The notes below the pieces were generated by a model, which saw only the letters and a program-made list of their open reading frames with translations, was not told where the DNA came from and did not search any database. A DNA stretch of 64,000 bases from Octopus bimaculoides (taxonomy: Eukaryota): the NCBI RefSeq assembly GCF_001194135.2, contig NC_068997.1, positions 55,458,530 to 55,522,529 on the forward strand, read 5' to 3'. Of this stretch, positions 62,822 to 64,000 are shown piece after piece. The stretch's first letter is position 1. Every line of letters begins with the position of its first letter. The position numbers and the translations under genes were made by a program.

Positions 62822-63295
62822 TCTTCTTCTTATTATTATTATTATTGAGTTGGCAAGCTGGCAGAATCGGTAGCACAAAATGCTTAGCAACATTTCATCC
62901 ATCTTTATGTTCTTAGTTCAAATTCCACCATAGTTGACTTTGCCTTTCATCCTTTTGGGGTTAATGAAATAAGTACCAGTTATACACTGGGGCTGATATA
63001 ATCGATAGCTCCTTCCCCAAAATTCCAGGCTTTGTGCCCATAGTAGATAGGATTATCATTATTATTATTATTATTAATATTATTGTAAGGTGGTGAGCAG
63101 GCAGAATTGTTAGTAGATAGGACGAAATGCTCAGAGGCATTTTGTCTGTATTTACATTCTGAGTTCAAAGGTTGATTTTTGCCTTTCATCATTTTGGGGT
63201 TAATAATACAAATACCAGTTGAACACAGGGATGGATAACTCGACTTACCTATTCCCACCAAATTACTGACCTTGTCCCAAAATATGAAACCATTA
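62822..63295 (+). mobile_element. Two tandem SINE family A copies in (ATT)n arrays
   Basis: (ATT)n, SINE 62847-63057 (gctggcagaatcggtagc..ggattatc), (ATT)n, SINE 63086-63292. Confidence 0.85.
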
Positions 63296-64000
63296 TCTTT
63301 AATTATTCTGATGAAATTAAAAACATCAGGCTATAGGTTGACAACAAAAACAGCAATATTTTGAACTTTCCATTCAACACTAGATAATTACTTTTACTGC
63401 CAAACAAGGGGAAAACTACAGGAAATCCTAACAGTAAACCAGTGCCATTTGAATGATAAATAATATGCTTCTAAGTTTTTGTTTTTGCCCAGCATATGTT
63501 GTTTTTCCATAAGTTCCATAAGACTGTATGATTTTAATTTTAAAGAGAAAATTGAAATAATTATTAATTACTCAAAACCTAATTCCAAAATTTCTAAATG
63601 TGAAATGCAACAAAAGCAAAGAAACTTTACATTAAGAAGTGAAATGTACAATTCCCTGTAAGTCAGACTGTCTCATGGTCCCAGCAGACAAAATTGAAAA
63701 GGCATTGCCCATGATGATGGTGAGGAAGATGCACTGAAACAACCACTCTGCCTCACATGGCTTGCACTTACAGACACCTATCTCCACCCCATAGTAGTGA
63801 TCAGGGTTAGGGTGTGGGAGCCAAGAACACTGGAGTTCTCCACTGCCACTGGCTCAACCACAAACCTGTTGGAGAGCAACTGATGCCTTGTCAGTTTGCT
63901 TTTCTAGTCAAACAATTAAGAAATGTTATATAATTGTTATTTGTGAGATTTTGCTGTCATCTCTAGCATTTTCTGCTAACAGTGCAGGCTCTGAATTCTA

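Overview
AT-rich, microsatellite-dense eukaryotic DNA with five short N gaps. The repeat families match ones I recall from octopus genomes, so the source is most likely Octopus sp. (inference, not a database hit). I find no host protein-coding exon that I can assign to a known family. Nearly all listed ORFs are translations of (TA)n/(CA)n/(ATT)n repeats or biased sequence, so the window looks like a very long intron or a gene desert. Recognisable content is retroelement debris: tRNA-derived SINEs of two families, RTE, CR1-like and R4/Dong-like LINE fragments, a Penelope-like GIY-YIG fragment, and hAT- and piggyBac-type MITEs. Four observations stand out. (1) A textbook minus-strand recursive-splice-site motif at 38035/38036: branch point, 23-nt pure pyrimidine tract, CAG|GTAAGT, and a cryptic exon with stops in all frames. 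(2) A composite element at 22383-22690 with a tRNA-derived head and a Penelope-type minimal hammerhead ribozyme; a second fragment of it begins at the predicted cleavage site. (3) A 5'-inverted R4/Dong-like insertion at 748-1140 with twin-priming geometry. (4) A 53-bp-arm foldback hairpin at 28817-28945. All functional readings are hypotheses that need RNA-seq, alignment or biochemical tests. Repeat boundaries are approximate.
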